IMG/VR virus record: IMGVR_UViG_3300046507_000506
Coordinates: 29,642-93,641 of that record
Source of the DNA: a virus
DNA length: 64,000 nt
Reading direction: 5' to 3' (one strand)
In this document: in pieces, positions 35,906 to 46,071 of the stretch
Position numbering within the stretch: the stretch's first letter is position 1
How the letters are laid out: each line of letters opens with the position of its first letter
The notes under the pieces: generated by a model
What the model saw: the letters and a program-made list of their open reading frames with translations, nothing else
What the model was told of the DNA's origin: nothing
Database searches by the model: none
Program-made: the position numbers and the translations under genes

Positions 35906-37537
35906 TTATGCGGAAACGGTTTGCGTGATGTAGATCGCACGCGCCACGCCGTCGTAATGCAGGCCGTAGGTCACGTCCATGCGGTCGGCCGGGCGTTGAG
36001 CGTTGCGCGTCACGGTGAACGTGTAGCCCTTGTCGCCCAGTGCGCTATCGTCCGAAGCCACGAGCCAGCCCGACGAACGCGCGCTGAAGAACAGGCTTTC
36101 GAGAAACTTCTCCATCTTGCCGATAGCAATGTCCATCGGCTTCTGAAGCGCTTCCTTGCCGTACTTCGACACCATGTCGTCAAACGAGCCCGCCATTTCA
36201 GCGACAGACGCGAGCTTGAGATAGCCGGTCGTTTTCTTCGTGGTGAGCGAGTCCGTGAACACGTATTTGCCGCCGCTGTTGTACTTCTCGAACAGCACCG
36301 GATTGATACCCGCGTCAGCGAGGTCGCTTTTCTCGGTGATATCGTCGGGCGTCACAAGCTGCTTGACGCCGGTACGCGGCAGAACCCAGTCAGAGCCCGC
36401 AATCGGAAAATTCTTCGGCGCGAGGCCAAAGCTATTCGTCTGCGCGTTGCGCGCGCAGCGCAGGCCCGCTTGCAGGCCACCTGTGCCGATCACCGCCTTG
36501 CCACCATTGACCGGATCATCCGTTTGCAACGGAGCCCAGTAGACGGTCACATACTCCTCATCAAAGTCAAACTGGTTGATGAAGGTGATCCCAGCCGCCA
36601 CGGTGAGCGAGCCGGGCACGTCCACCACGAGGTGACGGTTTGCACGAACGTTGAGCGCGGCCTGCTTCGAGATTTGCGCGACAGACTGGGAGCCCGCCGT
36701 AATCATGTAGCCGTAGTCGAACGTCGATTGTTCCAGCGCGGCAATAACGCGGTCATAGTCCGCGCTTGCGTAGGCTGTGCCGCCTTCCGTGAACAACACC
36801 TGAACATCACTCGATGCGACTTTGTTGTTGCCGTTCGTGTCGCGTCCGTAGCAGTCAGCAATAGCCGGAATGCTTGCGTCTGCTGCAACGTCGAGTTCGA
36901 TCAGGTCGGTTTGCGCGGCGAGCAGCGAGCCGATGAAATAATCCTTGCCGTATTCGTCTGTTGCCGACGGGTCGAGCGAGCCGGTTTGCGTAAAGCGCAC
37001 CGTGACGCCGTCCGGGTCCAGAATCGTGAGCGTGATAACGTCGTTCGCGACCGGCTGGCCGCTCGTGGCGTCTGTCGCCTTTGCCGCGCTGACCTGATAG
37101 ATCGAACCGTCGTTGTAGCACTCGCGATCCAGCAGCGCGAAAACATACGCCGTCGTTGGCAGGGCGGCCGACGTGCTCCAGCTAGATGCGCCAGTCGCCG
37201 CGTCGATGTTGTACACAAGGTACTTGTTGACGGCTGCGCTCGTGGTCAGACGGCACACGACAGCCGTACGCGCGCCGTTGTTGACGGCCTCGTAAGTCTG
37301 CACGTATGCCTCGTTGAGAGCCGACACGCGAAGCGATTCCGGCGAGCCGAGCTTGCGCCGGATATTGCCGCGATCCACGAGAAACGGCAGGTCGATACGG
37401 CCGCGCTTGAAACGGCCAAGCACCGACATGACCTGATCGCTCTGATCGGTCACGAACCCGTCGGTGTTGTCACGCTTCGGATTCAGTTGCACGCCCGGTT
37501 GCGAGCCGAGCGAGCGGGTATGCGGGTAAAAAGACAT
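35906..37537 (-). CDS. Tail sheath protein (P1 gp22-like)
   Basis: GRFKRGRID.PF.V N-terminus; LADAGINPV...FTDSLT; DGVARAI C-terminus. Confidence 0.85.
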   Translation of the reverse strand: MSFYPHTRSLGSQPGVQLNPKRDNTDGFVTDQSDQVMSVLGRFKRGRIDLPFLVDRGNIRRKLGSPESLRVSALNEAYVQTYEAVNNGARTAVVCRLTTSAAVNKYLVYNIDAATGASSWSTSAALPTTAYVFALLDRECYNDGSIYQVSAAKATDATSGQPVANDVITLTILDPDGVTVRFTQTGSLDPSATDEYGKDYFIGSLLAAQTDLIELDVAADASIPAIADCYGRDTNGNNKVASSDVQVLFTEGGTAYASADYDRVIAALEQSTFDYGYMITAGSQSVAQISKQAALNVRANRHLVVDVPGSLTVAAGITFINQFDFDEEYVTVYWAPLQTDDPVNGGKAVIGTGGLQAGLRCARNAQTNSFGLAPKNFPIAGSDWVLPRTGVKQLVTPDDITEKSDLADAGINPVLFEKYNSGGKYVFTDSLTTKKTTGYLKLASVAEMAGSFDDMVSKYGKEALQKPMDIAIGKMEKFLESLFFSARSSGWLVASDDSALGDKGYTFTVTRNAQRPADRMDVTYGLHYDGVARAIYITQTVSA

Positions 37538-37571
37538 TTATTCCCCTTGATCGGATTGCCTGGAGGCCCGC

Positions 37572-37946
37572 TTAGGCCGTCGCGCCGTCGCTTTCAGCGG
37601 CCGTCGGCATTTCTGCCTCATCGTCCAGTTCCTCGATGCGCAGCGCGTTCGGCGCGGCCGTTTCGCCTTCTTCCGGCTCGACGGGCTTGTAGTGATCGCT
37701 CACCGAAAGGATGTATTCGCAGTCGGTACGGTGACGCTTGAGCGCGTCCTCGTCGCGCACGGTGTGCGGCGCGCTCGAACCCGGCGCGACGTACGTTCCG
37801 CCGATCACCCACGGTTGCGCGGTGTCGTTGACGAGCTTCATCTGACGCGGAAACTTCGGCAGGTTCGCGTCATCGGCGGGCGTGGATGCTGCCGCGAGCG
37901 CGGCGTTCGTTGCGGTCTTTTTGGGTGCGGTTTTGGTCGTTGCCAC
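37572..37946 (-). CDS. Hypothetical protein after capsid gene
   Basis: GAGGA RBS; lies between capsid and sheath. Confidence 0.65.
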   Translation of the reverse strand: MATTKTAPKKTATNAALAAASTPADDANLPKFPRQMKLVNDTAQPWVIGGTYVAPGSSAPHTVRDEDALKRHRTDCEYILSVSDHYKPVEPEEGETAAPNALRIEELDDEAEMPTAAESDGATA

Positions 37947-37972
37947 GGTGATCCTCTGAATTCAGTTCGGGA

Positions 37973-38007
37973 AACGGCGGCACCGCTAAAGAGCCGGTGC
38001 CGCCGTT
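37973..38007 (-). terminator. Hairpin after the capsid gene
   Basis: AACGGCGGCACCG...CGGTGCCGCCGTT. Confidence 0.65.
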
Positions 38008-38031
38008 GGTCATTCGCTTGCGCGAGACGGC

Positions 38032-39669
38032 TTACTTCAGGTTGATAACCGTGATGAGCGCCGCGCCCTTGGTGGACATGACATGCGGGTTGACCGCATT
38101 GAACGAACGTGCCGAGAAGCCGTAGCCCGACTTCAGCGCTTCCGTCACACCCAGTTGCTCGAACATCGGGGCTTGTGCGTCGCCCATGATGATCGGGCAG
38201 CGTGCCGTCTGCGTGGAGCGGCCCACGCCGAGGATTTCCGCCGTCGTGCCGTCCGCAGCTTCGTTGACGACCTTCGGCGAGTAGTACACCTCGAACTGGC
38301 CGAACAGACGACCCACGCGGTAGATACCCGGACGGTCAACGATGCCCGACGAGACGAACAGTTCCTGCGGCATCGAGCGGAATTGCGCCGCGACCGACTT
38401 CGTCACGTACAGATGCGTGATGCCGTGGTCTGCCGTGTCTTCGGCCATCTGCTGCGACGCGAGGCCGAGCACCGCTGCGAAGTCCTGCCAGATTTGCGCA
38501 CGAACTTTCTGCTGAATCTGCACGCTGTATTCGTAGTCGAACACGCGGTTGTTCTGGAACTTCGCGATGCGCTTGGCCTTGGCCAGCGCGTCGTAATGAC
38601 GCTCCATCGAGAACTGGCCGCGCACCGACAGCATCGCTTCCGCGCCTGCGTCAACGCCGACTTCGTTCGCGAACTGCGAGCGCGATTCCGGCGTGACCTG
38701 ATAGAGCGCACGGTACGGAGCGGCGAACAGTTGGAACATTTGCGCCTGCACCTGCATGCGCGGCGTCACGCTTGCGTCGGCTTCATAGTCGATGAACGAC
38801 TCAGCCGTTACGACCGTGCCAGCCGGGAAGGCGGGCGTCGGCGTAACCGTCACCGTGCCGGTGCCCGGATTGACCGTGCCCGAAAGCGCGTAATCCGTGC
38901 CTGCCAGCGTCAGATGGCCCACGATGGGCACCGCCGCAGCCGTGCTCGGGCCGTTGGACACTTCCGTTGCCGCGACGAGGCCATTCACGTAGATGATCGA
39001 ACGGCCGCGCAGCAGGATATTGGGGTTGCCGCCTGCCGTTTGTGCCGTGAACGTGAACTTGTAGTCGGTAGTGCCCACGCCGCTGTTCGGTGCGGCGAGG
39101 TCGATCGAACGCGACGACGACATGTAATTGCCGCCCTGCGCGATACCGTCCATCAGGTCGCCCTGGTTGTAATCACCAAAGTTCGAGCCTGCCTGGTGGG
39201 TCACGATAATCAGTCGCGCCTCGTTCGAGCCGCGATCCGCAGGCAGATAGCCTGCGAACGGGCACGCTTCGGCCAGTGCGCCGAGAATTGCGATCACCGG
39301 CGCATTCGGCGCGAGCGAAATCTGATCGTGGTGCGAGTTGGTCGCCGAGTCGAACAGGGTATGCGCCTGATGGATCGCCGACAGGATCACGTCGCCCGAC
39401 GGCAGCATGCCGTGCTGTTCCTGATACTTGCGAACGCCGTCGAACAGTGCGCCGACGATTTGCTTTTCGTCGTCCGCTGCGCCGAGCAGTTCCGAAAGCA
39501 CGGCGGGCGGCGTAACGCCGTTTTCGCCGCCACCGATCACAGCCGTCGCGGCCGATGCCGAGTCGAACAGCGTGTTGGCTGCCGCGCCGGTATGCGCGAC
39601 CGTCTTACGGACGAACGATTCGAGTTCGTCTTGATCCTGCAAGTTGAATTTGGATTGAGTTCCGCTCAT
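38032..39669 (-). CDS. Major capsid protein (P1 gp23-like)
   Basis: 545 aa, strong codon bias, own late promoter, position before sheath; IYRVGRLFG...VY and GRS...A..P...GDA segments. Confidence 0.8.
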   Translation of the reverse strand: MSGTQSKFNLQDQDELESFVRKTVAHTGAAANTLFDSASAATAVIGGGENGVTPPAVLSELLGAADDEKQIVGALFDGVRKYQEQHGMLPSGDVILSAIHQAHTLFDSATNSHHDQISLAPNAPVIAILGALAEACPFAGYLPADRGSNEARLIIVTHQAGSNFGDYNQGDLMDGIAQGGNYMSSSRSIDLAAPNSGVGTTDYKFTFTAQTAGGNPNILLRGRSIIYVNGLVAATEVSNGPSTAAAVPIVGHLTLAGTDYALSGTVNPGTGTVTVTPTPAFPAGTVVTAESFIDYEADASVTPRMQVQAQMFQLFAAPYRALYQVTPESRSQFANEVGVDAGAEAMLSVRGQFSMERHYDALAKAKRIAKFQNNRVFDYEYSVQIQQKVRAQIWQDFAAVLGLASQQMAEDTADHGITHLYVTKSVAAQFRSMPQELFVSSGIVDRPGIYRVGRLFGQFEVYYSPKVVNEAADGTTAEILGVGRSTQTARCPIIMGDAQAPMFEQLGVTEALKSGYGFSARSFNAVNPHVMSTKGAALITVINLK

Positions 39670-39736
39670 GTCTTAACCTTGAAAAATGGTTTCTTCAAAC
39701 AAGAGCAAGGAACCCCCTTGCTCTGATCGAGATTTC

Positions 39737-39779
39737 ATTTTCAGAGCGGTTTTACAAGGCGCTTCGTCGAGTTTTCCTA
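39737..39779 (-). promoter_or_regulatory. Putative late promoter TAGGAAAA-N29-GAAAAT
   Basis: Motif match upstream of the capsid gene. Confidence 0.75.
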
Positions 39780-39784
39780 AACCC

Positions 39785-39810
39785 GAAAAGCCCTGTTTTT
39801 AAGGGCTTTC
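39785..39810 (-). terminator. Terminator
   Basis: GAAAAGCCCT...AGGGCTTTC. Confidence 0.75.
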
Positions 39811-40291
39811 AGGCTAGTTGCGCCTTCAGGTTGTCGCGCTTTTCCGTTGCCTGCGCAATCTCTGCGTTGAGAGAATTGACCTTCTCAGTCCACACCTGTT
39901 CGAGCTTCGGTGCGGCCGTGCGAATCGTGGCGGGAAGCGCGAGCTTGACCTTGGCCTGTTGCTGCTGAAACTTCGCGCGGCTCTTGTCCATTGCCGAGAC
40001 GATTTCCTTGATCGCCGCGCCGTGGTCGTCGGGGTTTTTCAGCGGAATTGACCTGCCGTTGAGCTTGACCTGCGCAACGTCACCCGACGCATTCACGCCA
40101 AAGCGCACCTGCTGACTATCGGCAAAGCCGAACTGGACTTCCCGATACTCGACGCCAAGCGTCTTTTTCGTTTTCGGGTCTACGTCCACGGTCGTGACCT
40201 GCGCACCCGCCTTGGCGAATGCGCGCACGGCGGCCTTGACCGATGCGTCTTTGTGCGAGAGGTTGTAAATGTCGAAAATCAGGTTTTTCAT
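39809..40291 (-). CDS. hdf: Hdf-like protein (DarA N-terminal-like domain)
   Basis: VNASGDVAQVKLNGRSIP...AKFQ matches P1 Hdf as recalled. Confidence 0.75.
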   Translation of the reverse strand: MKNLIFDIYNLSHKDASVKAAVRAFAKAGAQVTTVDVDPKTKKTLGVEYREVQFGFADSQQVRFGVNASGDVAQVKLNGRSIPLKNPDDHGAAIKEIVSAMDKSRAKFQQQQAKVKLALPATIRTAAPKLEQVWTEKVNSLNAEIAQATEKRDNLKAQLA

Positions 40292-40298
40292 GGTTGCC

Positions 40299-40910
40299 TT
40301 ATGACTTGATCGGTACGTCCGTCACTGAGCCCGTTTCGGGGTGCTTGTGACCGCTCACGCTCACGCCGTTGGCGTCCACGTCGCCACTGAATGACGCGCC
40401 GCCCTGCACGGTGATGGCCTTGCCGCCACCTTCACCGGCCTTGCCCGTCATGCCGCCGTTGAACGTGAGCAGGCCGCCCACTGTGAGATTGCCGCTCACG
40501 TTGGTATCAGTGCTGTCTACGTTCGTTGTCGTCGCCTCTACGTGCACGGTTGGAGCCTTTACATGCACGAGCGTATTGGCGATGACCTCGAACGTGTTGT
40601 CTGCGTTGAACTGAAAGTTTGCGTGGAAGAACCGTCGCCAGTCGATGCCGTTTTCCTGATTCTTTGGCCGGAAACCGACGATCACCGGAAAGCGGGGGTC
40701 GCCGCCCTCGAACGCGACCCATACGCGAGCACCGGCCGGAATGCGGATTTCGGTGTCCTCGCTTTCGTCGCCGATTGGGTTGCACAGTTGCGCGCGCGGC
40801 ATCACGGCCGCGCCATCGGTGAGCCCTGGAATGCTGATCCGGTACAGGCGGCCCTTGCGGTCATCGTCTGTGACTGATGCAACTACGGCAGGTAATAGGC
40901 CGCCGATCAT
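40299..40910 (-). CDS. Baseplate spike protein (gpV/gp5-like)
   Basis: OB-fold VWVAFEGGDPRFPVIVG, beta-helix repeats, apical H-x-H (GHKHP). Confidence 0.88.
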   Translation of the reverse strand: MIGGLLPAVVASVTDDDRKGRLYRISIPGLTDGAAVMPRAQLCNPIGDESEDTEIRIPAGARVWVAFEGGDPRFPVIVGFRPKNQENGIDWRRFFHANFQFNADNTFEVIANTLVHVKAPTVHVEATTTNVDSTDTNVSGNLTVGGLLTFNGGMTGKAGEGGGKAITVQGGASFSGDVDANGVSVSGHKHPETGSVTDVPIKS

Positions 40911-41785
40911 GAAAGACTCCCTAGCCAGAGGCGCGTGTATTGCTCGATGCTGTCACCGCCCGAACCGTTTTTCATCACCTGCGCAGCCGTCATCACCACG
41001 AGCGGCGTACCTCGCACGAGCAACACGTCACCGGCGCGCACCGTGGGCGATGCCTTGCCGGTGATGACCTTGCGGCGCACGAGCACGCGGCCCATTGCAT
41101 TGAGCGCCCGCTCGCTTTTGCGCGGCGTGTATTCGACGCGCTGCGTAGGGCTGCGGCGCGGCCCCCACACAATCGAGCCGTCGGCGGCCACGGTGTAATA
41201 AACGGGCACTTCGTCAGCGACGAGAAACTGACTCGTCACGCCATCGGAGGCGGTAGCGTCGATTGAGTCAACCGGCACCTGTGCGATGAGGTCGCGCAAT
41301 GACATGGCCTTGATGCTGCCTTTACGCCACATCACGACGGCCGACTCCTCCTGCAACACGCGCGCAATCTGGAATGTCGGAATGCCGCCGATCATGCAGG
41401 CGAAATGCGTGACCGGCAGGTCACCCGTCACCGGCGCATTTGAGCCGCACGCACGGTAGACGCCGGAAAGGCTCGTGTTCTCGAAAATCACGGCGCTCGT
41501 GCGCGGGCGCGCAACGTTGGCGATTGCATCCGGGTACGCCGTGATCGACACCGCGCTGATTGGGTCTTTCCCCTGCGCGCCGCCGCCTGCGTTGTACATC
41601 GGCTCGGTGTGCACGATGCGAAAGGCCGTCGAGTTGACCGTGATAACCGCGTTATCCACGAAATTGGAGGCTGTGTCGGGCGTGATGCGCACCTGCGCCT
41701 CAAACGTGTACGGAATAGGCGCAAGGTCGGAGCGCAGCACGGCCGACAGGATCATGTCGCCGCGCATGTTCGCGACTTCAATCAC
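40907..41785 (-). CDS. Baseplate hub / tail protein
   Basis: LRSDLAPIP.TFE; coupled to the spike gene. Confidence 0.65.
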   Translation of the reverse strand: MIEVANMRGDMILSAVLRSDLAPIPYTFEAQVRITPDTASNFVDNAVITVNSTAFRIVHTEPMYNAGGGAQGKDPISAVSITAYPDAIANVARPRTSAVIFENTSLSGVYRACGSNAPVTGDLPVTHFACMIGGIPTFQIARVLQEESAVVMWRKGSIKAMSLRDLIAQVPVDSIDATASDGVTSQFLVADEVPVYYTVAADGSIVWGPRRSPTQRVEYTPRKSERALNAMGRVLVRRKVITGKASPTVRAGDVLLVRGTPLVVMTAAQVMKNGSGGDSIEQYTRLWLGSLS

Positions 41786-42027
41786 CGCTTCGCCTCGTCA
41801 GCACGCCCGCGCATGTACCAGGTGTACGCGTGCGAATCGACCTCGCCGCCGCAATGCTTGCAGCGATAGCGCTGGCGCAATAGCGACTCAGGCCCAATGG
41901 GCTCAAATGCGTGATTCGTGCACGCATCGAGTCGCCTCACGTTCGCGCGGGCCTTCTCGGCTATTGCCTGTACTTCCTCTTTGCTCAGGCCGGACACGCG
42001 CGAGAGCGCTTCGATAGCGTTTGGCAT
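41782..42027 (-). CDS. Small zinc-ribbon protein
   Basis: C..H.F...Y.C.HCGG. Confidence 0.7.
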   Translation of the reverse strand: MPNAIEALSRVSGLSKEEVQAIAEKARANVRRLDACTNHAFEPIGPESLLRQRYRCKHCGGEVDSHAYTWYMRGRADEAKR

Positions 42028-42524
42028 CAGACAGTCTCGATAGTTTGGGCGAACGCGAGGTGCGGCAAGTCCTGCGTCTCATACTGGCGAATGTCCGCCT
42101 CTACCTGATCGACCGTGCGGCCATAGACGTCCACGCCGAGCCCGCGTGAGGCTTCGAGCGCGCGCGCATTCTCCCGCTCGACGTACAGCAAGTACAGCGG
42201 CCGGATGAGTCCCCATTCGCCGTCGGTAATGTCCGAGGCAGCGGTAAGCGGCGTTGTCGGCGCGGGGTAGGTGGGCACCCTTGGCGGGCGCGGCGGCGCA
42301 TCGAAAATCGTGCCGTTGTACCCCATGACGACCTCTGCGGCCGGGTCCGGTGCCGGGCACGTCGGCGGCGCATCGACCATTACAACCGGGTCAATACTGG
42401 CAATGTGCCCCCACGCGAGATACGTGCGGGCAGCATTGACCGCCTGCTGTTCGAGCACGCTGTCATCGAGCACGATGCCGAACGCCCAATGCACGTCGGC
42501 GGCCAGTTCGGCGAGCTTCGTCAC
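42027..42524 (-). CDS. Head-tail adaptor-like protein (P1 PmgC-like)
   Basis: EWGLIRPL..LYVERE.A..LEASRGLG. Confidence 0.6.
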   Translation of the reverse strand: MTKLAELAADVHWAFGIVLDDSVLEQQAVNAARTYLAWGHIASIDPVVMVDAPPTCPAPDPAAEVVMGYNGTIFDAPPRPPRVPTYPAPTTPLTAASDITDGEWGLIRPLYLLYVERENARALEASRGLGVDVYGRTVDQVEADIRQYETQDLPHLAFAQTIETV

Positions 42525-42526
42525 GA

Positions 42527-43012
42527 TCAGATATTGCCGGGCAGCTTGTCGCCGGTGTAGTGGAAGTGCAGCGTGCCCGACAGCATCAGCACCTGCGAGC
42601 GGTTTTCCCAGTCGCGATCCGGGTTTTCGACCTCGATAAAGCAGTTCGAGATACGCCAGGCGCGCTTGTACTGCTCCATCGTGCCCTCGTAAATCGTCGC
42701 GTCAAAACGCGAGCCGTTAAGCTGGATGGATTCGAGAAACGCCTCGACCAAGCCGTCTTCCGTCTCGTAAAACTGAATCTGGCCGGACTGGTAGACCTTC
42801 AACTGCTGCGGCTGAACCGTGACCGTGCCGAGTGGGCCGGGCACTTCAATTTCACCGGCCGTCGTGGTCACCGGTTGCGGAAACTGCTTGGTCAGCAGAC
42901 GAATGTCTTCATAGCCGTCCACGACGAACATCGCGTCGCTCGAAATGGCCTTGCTGCCCATCTTTGCCACAGTGCCGAGCACCTGCTTGAGGTATGCGCC
43001 GGTGTTGTTCAT
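42527..43012 (-). CDS. Tail tube protein
   Basis: LL.KQFP.P.....IEV.GP.G....PQQ...GQI.FYET; own late promoter. Confidence 0.75.
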   Translation of the reverse strand: MNNTGAYLKQVLGTVAKMGSKAISSDAMFVVDGYEDIRLLTKQFPQPVTTTAGEIEVPGPLGTVTVQPQQLKVYQSGQIQFYETEDGLVEAFLESIQLNGSRFDATIYEGTMEQYKRAWRISNCFIEVENPDRDWENRSQVLMLSGTLHFHYTGDKLPGNI

Positions 43013-43047
43013 GTGCGTGTCACCTGAAAGGGGTTGAATCTGCATCG

Positions 43048-43090
43048 ATTCTCAGGGTGACTTTTCGCCGGATACGCGGCCCTTTTCCTA
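43048..43090 (-). promoter_or_regulatory. Putative late promoter TAGGAAAA-N29-GAGAAT
   Basis: Motif match upstream of the tube gene. Confidence 0.75.
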
Positions 43091-43104
43091 AACGGCGAGG
43101 GCGC

Positions 43105-43129
43105 AAAAAAGCCCGCTCGCGGCGGGCTT
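43105..43129 (-). terminator. Terminator
   Basis: AAAAAAGCCCGC-TCGCG-GCGGGCTT. Confidence 0.8.
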
Positions 43130-43151
43130 GGTTGCGGCGTACGGCTCGGGC

Positions 43152-43571
43152 TTACATGCGCTTCAGAACCTGCTCGCGAACGTATTTCATGCGCGGCACG
43201 ATGTATTCCGGGTCTTGTTCCGGCAGTTCCACCACATGCGCGCGCAACAGGTTGTATTTCGCGCGCACCATGACGTCGCCTGGCTGAAAATACTGGGACT
43301 GAGCGAGCTTCCCGTCATGCTGAAGCATCACCACGCCCGCCGCTTCAAGCGCCATGCAGTATTCGACCTCTTTTGCCGGGCTCGACACTGCGCCGCTCAG
43401 GTCAACGCCCGTCGTGCAGAGATTCGCCTTGGTCGCGAGGGCCGACTCGCCGCCCTGGCGATAGGTCGAGAGGGCGTCATTCACGGCGCGGTCAAGGTTG
43501 GCCTGATCGGCAAAGGCAGGCGTCGCAATGGCGATAAGTGACGCGACAAGCAGCGTTTTGGTGAGGCGCAT
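43152..43571 (-). CDS. Secreted/periplasmic protein
   Basis: Sec signal MRLTKTLLVASLIAIATPAFA; two Cys; GGGGGA RBS. Confidence 0.75.
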   Translation of the reverse strand: MRLTKTLLVASLIAIATPAFADQANLDRAVNDALSTYRQGGESALATKANLCTTGVDLSGAVSSPAKEVEYCMALEAAGVVMLQHDGKLAQSQYFQPGDVMVRAKYNLLRAHVVELPEQDPEYIVPRMKYVREQVLKRM

Positions 43572-43584
43572 GGTTCCCCCGGTG

Positions 43585-43626
43585 ATGGTTTTGCGCGAGT
43601 TTGCCATGCGCGCTTTCATTTTCCTA
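43585..43626 (-). promoter_or_regulatory. Putative late promoter variant TAGGAAAA-N28-AACCAT
   Basis: Motif with a 1-bp shorter spacer. Confidence 0.5.
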
Positions 43627-46071
43627 GCCCGACCCCGACACACCGCCAGTAGCGATCTGTGCGAGTCGCCGGTTATTCAAGTCCTGCCCGACGGCGCGAT
43701 CATCGGCGAGGCGCACCTCCAAAGGCTTGTCGCTGCTGACGGGCACCGGGATTTGAGCGGTCTGCGCGGGCGGGGCGACGGGTGAGGCCGGAACACTTGG
43801 AACGGACACAGACGGCGGCGGCGCGGGCGTAGCTGAGGCGGTCGCGACGACGGGCGTGCTGTTGCCTACGACTGTGCTGTAGCGCGATTCCAGTGCGGTT
43901 GCATTTGCCGAGAGGTAATCGGCGGCGGTCTTTGAGCCCTTTCCGTAGTTGAGCGCGACGGCCTTTTGCGTGTCGGCAGAGAGGTCGCTGATGTTTTTCC
44001 CATTCGCCGCGCCGTTGATGATTTCCTTGGCGGCTCCCGGCCCTAACTGGTGCATCATGTACAGGTTTTCAGGCGTGACGGCGAGGCCCGCCTTGGTCAG
44101 TACGGCCGCGTTCTGCTTCGCGAGCTTCATGCCGCCCGCGATGTTCTGATCGACGTCGAAACGGTTTTTGATGCCTACGCCGCTCGCCGTCTTGCCGGTG
44201 AACTGAAAAATGCCGATTGCGCCGGTGCCGGAAATCGCGTTTGCATTGCCGCCGCTTTCAATCGACGCGAATTCGAGCATCGTCTTTGGATCGAGCCCTT
44301 CTTTCGTTGCCGCCGCCGCGATCTTGGCCTGCACGTCGGCGGGCATGCCGCCTTTGAGGTTTGCGCTCGTGTTCGCGCCGCTCGCCTTCAATTGCCGAAT
44401 CTGATTCGCTTCGTCATTGGTGTAGCTGCCGTACTTCGATAGCGCCGTACCGCCTTTGACTCCGTCGAAATTTGCGCTGTGCCGGTAACCGGGAATGAGG
44501 TCTTCAAGCACACCTTGCCCGGCCGCCACCGCGTTTTTGGTCGCAGTGGCAATGGGGTGCGCCATCTTTTCAGCCCGCTCTTTGGCGTAGTCCGCAGCCG
44601 CCTTGCCCGCATCCTTCGCCGCATCCACTCCGGCCTTGGCGGCATCGACGGCCGGTTTCGCCACGTCGCTGGCCTTTTTGACGATGGCGTCTACGTCAAT
44701 GCCGAACTTGTCTTTCAGGAACGCTTTCGCGCCGGTCAGGATCACGCCCCACGCTTCGCCGATGGTCTTGGCAACCGAGGAGAGCTTGTCGGTAATACCT
44801 TTCCAGTCATCCTTTAGCGTGCTGACCGTGCTATTCCATGTGTCCGAAATCTGCGCGCCGACCTTGGCCCAATCCACGGTCGCAAGCCAGCCGCCGACAA
44901 TCTCGCCGAGCTTGTCGCCGATCATGCCGCCGATCACTGTGCCGACAGGACCGCCGAGCAGGGTGCCGATGCCGCCGCCGATCAGCGCGCCGATACCGGA
45001 GCCCGCGCCGGTGAACCGGTCCTGCTTGTTCTGTTCGGCAGTCTTGTTCGGATCATCGCCGCCAAAGATCGAAGCGAGCGCCGAGCCGCCCGCGAACAGC
45101 GCGCCGAGAAGTGGCAGGCGTTTCAGCCCAAACTTGCCGAACTTCAGCGCGCCGCCCATCAGCGACGAGAGCAGGCCGCCGCCCTTGCCGAGCGCACCCT
45201 TGAGGAAGTCACCAATGCCGCCGAGCATGCCACCGCCGCCGCCCGCGCCGTGCTCGCCGCCCGTCTTGTTGTCGATTTCCTTCAGGGTGCGCGTTTGCAC
45301 GAGGCCGAACTCGCCCTGTTCGTCATGCGTGGACTTGAGTACGCCAAAAATCTTGCGGAACCACGGTAGCGACGCATCCTTGCCGATGCCGAACGCGCGC
45401 GACGCACCGGCCTTCGTGAGCTTGCCGACGGTCGCCAGCGGGCCGCCGACGACCTTGGACACCTCTTTGGCGGCCTCGACCGTCGGGTCAATCTTTTCGT
45501 AGTCGCCGAGGTCCGGGCCGTGCAGGCGCGGAAGTGAAAGGTCTTTCAGGCGCGAGAACATGTTGCGCAGCGCCGAGTCGCCGCCGCCATTGCCGCCGCC
45601 CTCGCGCCGCGAGCCGCCACGGCCAACGAACCGGCCGCTTTTGTCGCGCACCTGCTCAACGGCCTTGACGCTTGCCACCGTTGCCGCCGCCTCTGTACGC
45701 TTCTGTTGCGCCTTCTCGTTGCCCTGCCTGCGCGTGAGCGCATTGACAGCCTGCGTGATGCCCGTCAGGCCGCCTGGTGCGTTCGGCAGGAACCTGCCTT
45801 GCGCGTCACGCGTACGCGTTTGCGCGAGGGCAGAGCGCACCGCCGACGTGACCGCGCCCGATGTTGCGCGCTGCAAGGCCGCCGTCACTGCCTGCGGCGG
45901 GCTCGACACGCGCTGACGCTTCATGACGGACGCCGAGCGCGCGCCGCCCCTGAGCAGCGAAAGAATAGCGCTCGTGTCGCTGTGAACGGCGTCAATCCCG
46001 CGCGCCATCGTCGCGGTATCTACCGGGCCGTCTGCAATCAGAAAGCCCTTGGAGTCGGTTTTGATGGTCAT
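43624..46071 (-). CDS. Tape measure protein with lytic transglycosylase (SLT) domain
   Basis: Gly-rich TM-like region; IESGGNANA...GAIGIFQF...YMMHQLG.G. Confidence 0.85.
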   Translation of the reverse strand: MTIKTDSKGFLIADGPVDTATMARGIDAVHSDTSAILSLLRGGARSASVMKRQRVSSPPQAVTAALQRATSGAVTSAVRSALAQTRTRDAQGRFLPNAPGGLTGITQAVNALTRRQGNEKAQQKRTEAAATVASVKAVEQVRDKSGRFVGRGGSRREGGGNGGGDSALRNMFSRLKDLSLPRLHGPDLGDYEKIDPTVEAAKEVSKVVGGPLATVGKLTKAGASRAFGIGKDASLPWFRKIFGVLKSTHDEQGEFGLVQTRTLKEIDNKTGGEHGAGGGGGMLGGIGDFLKGALGKGGGLLSSLMGGALKFGKFGLKRLPLLGALFAGGSALASIFGGDDPNKTAEQNKQDRFTGAGSGIGALIGGGIGTLLGGPVGTVIGGMIGDKLGEIVGGWLATVDWAKVGAQISDTWNSTVSTLKDDWKGITDKLSSVAKTIGEAWGVILTGAKAFLKDKFGIDVDAIVKKASDVAKPAVDAAKAGVDAAKDAGKAAADYAKERAEKMAHPIATATKNAVAAGQGVLEDLIPGYRHSANFDGVKGGTALSKYGSYTNDEANQIRQLKASGANTSANLKGGMPADVQAKIAAAATKEGLDPKTMLEFASIESGGNANAISGTGAIGIFQFTGKTASGVGIKNRFDVDQNIAGGMKLAKQNAAVLTKAGLAVTPENLYMMHQLGPGAAKEIINGAANGKNISDLSADTQKAVALNYGKGSKTAADYLSANATALESRYSTVVGNSTPVVATASATPAPPPSVSVPSVPASPVAPPAQTAQIPVPVSSDKPLEVRLADDRAVGQDLNNRRLAQIATGGVSGSG

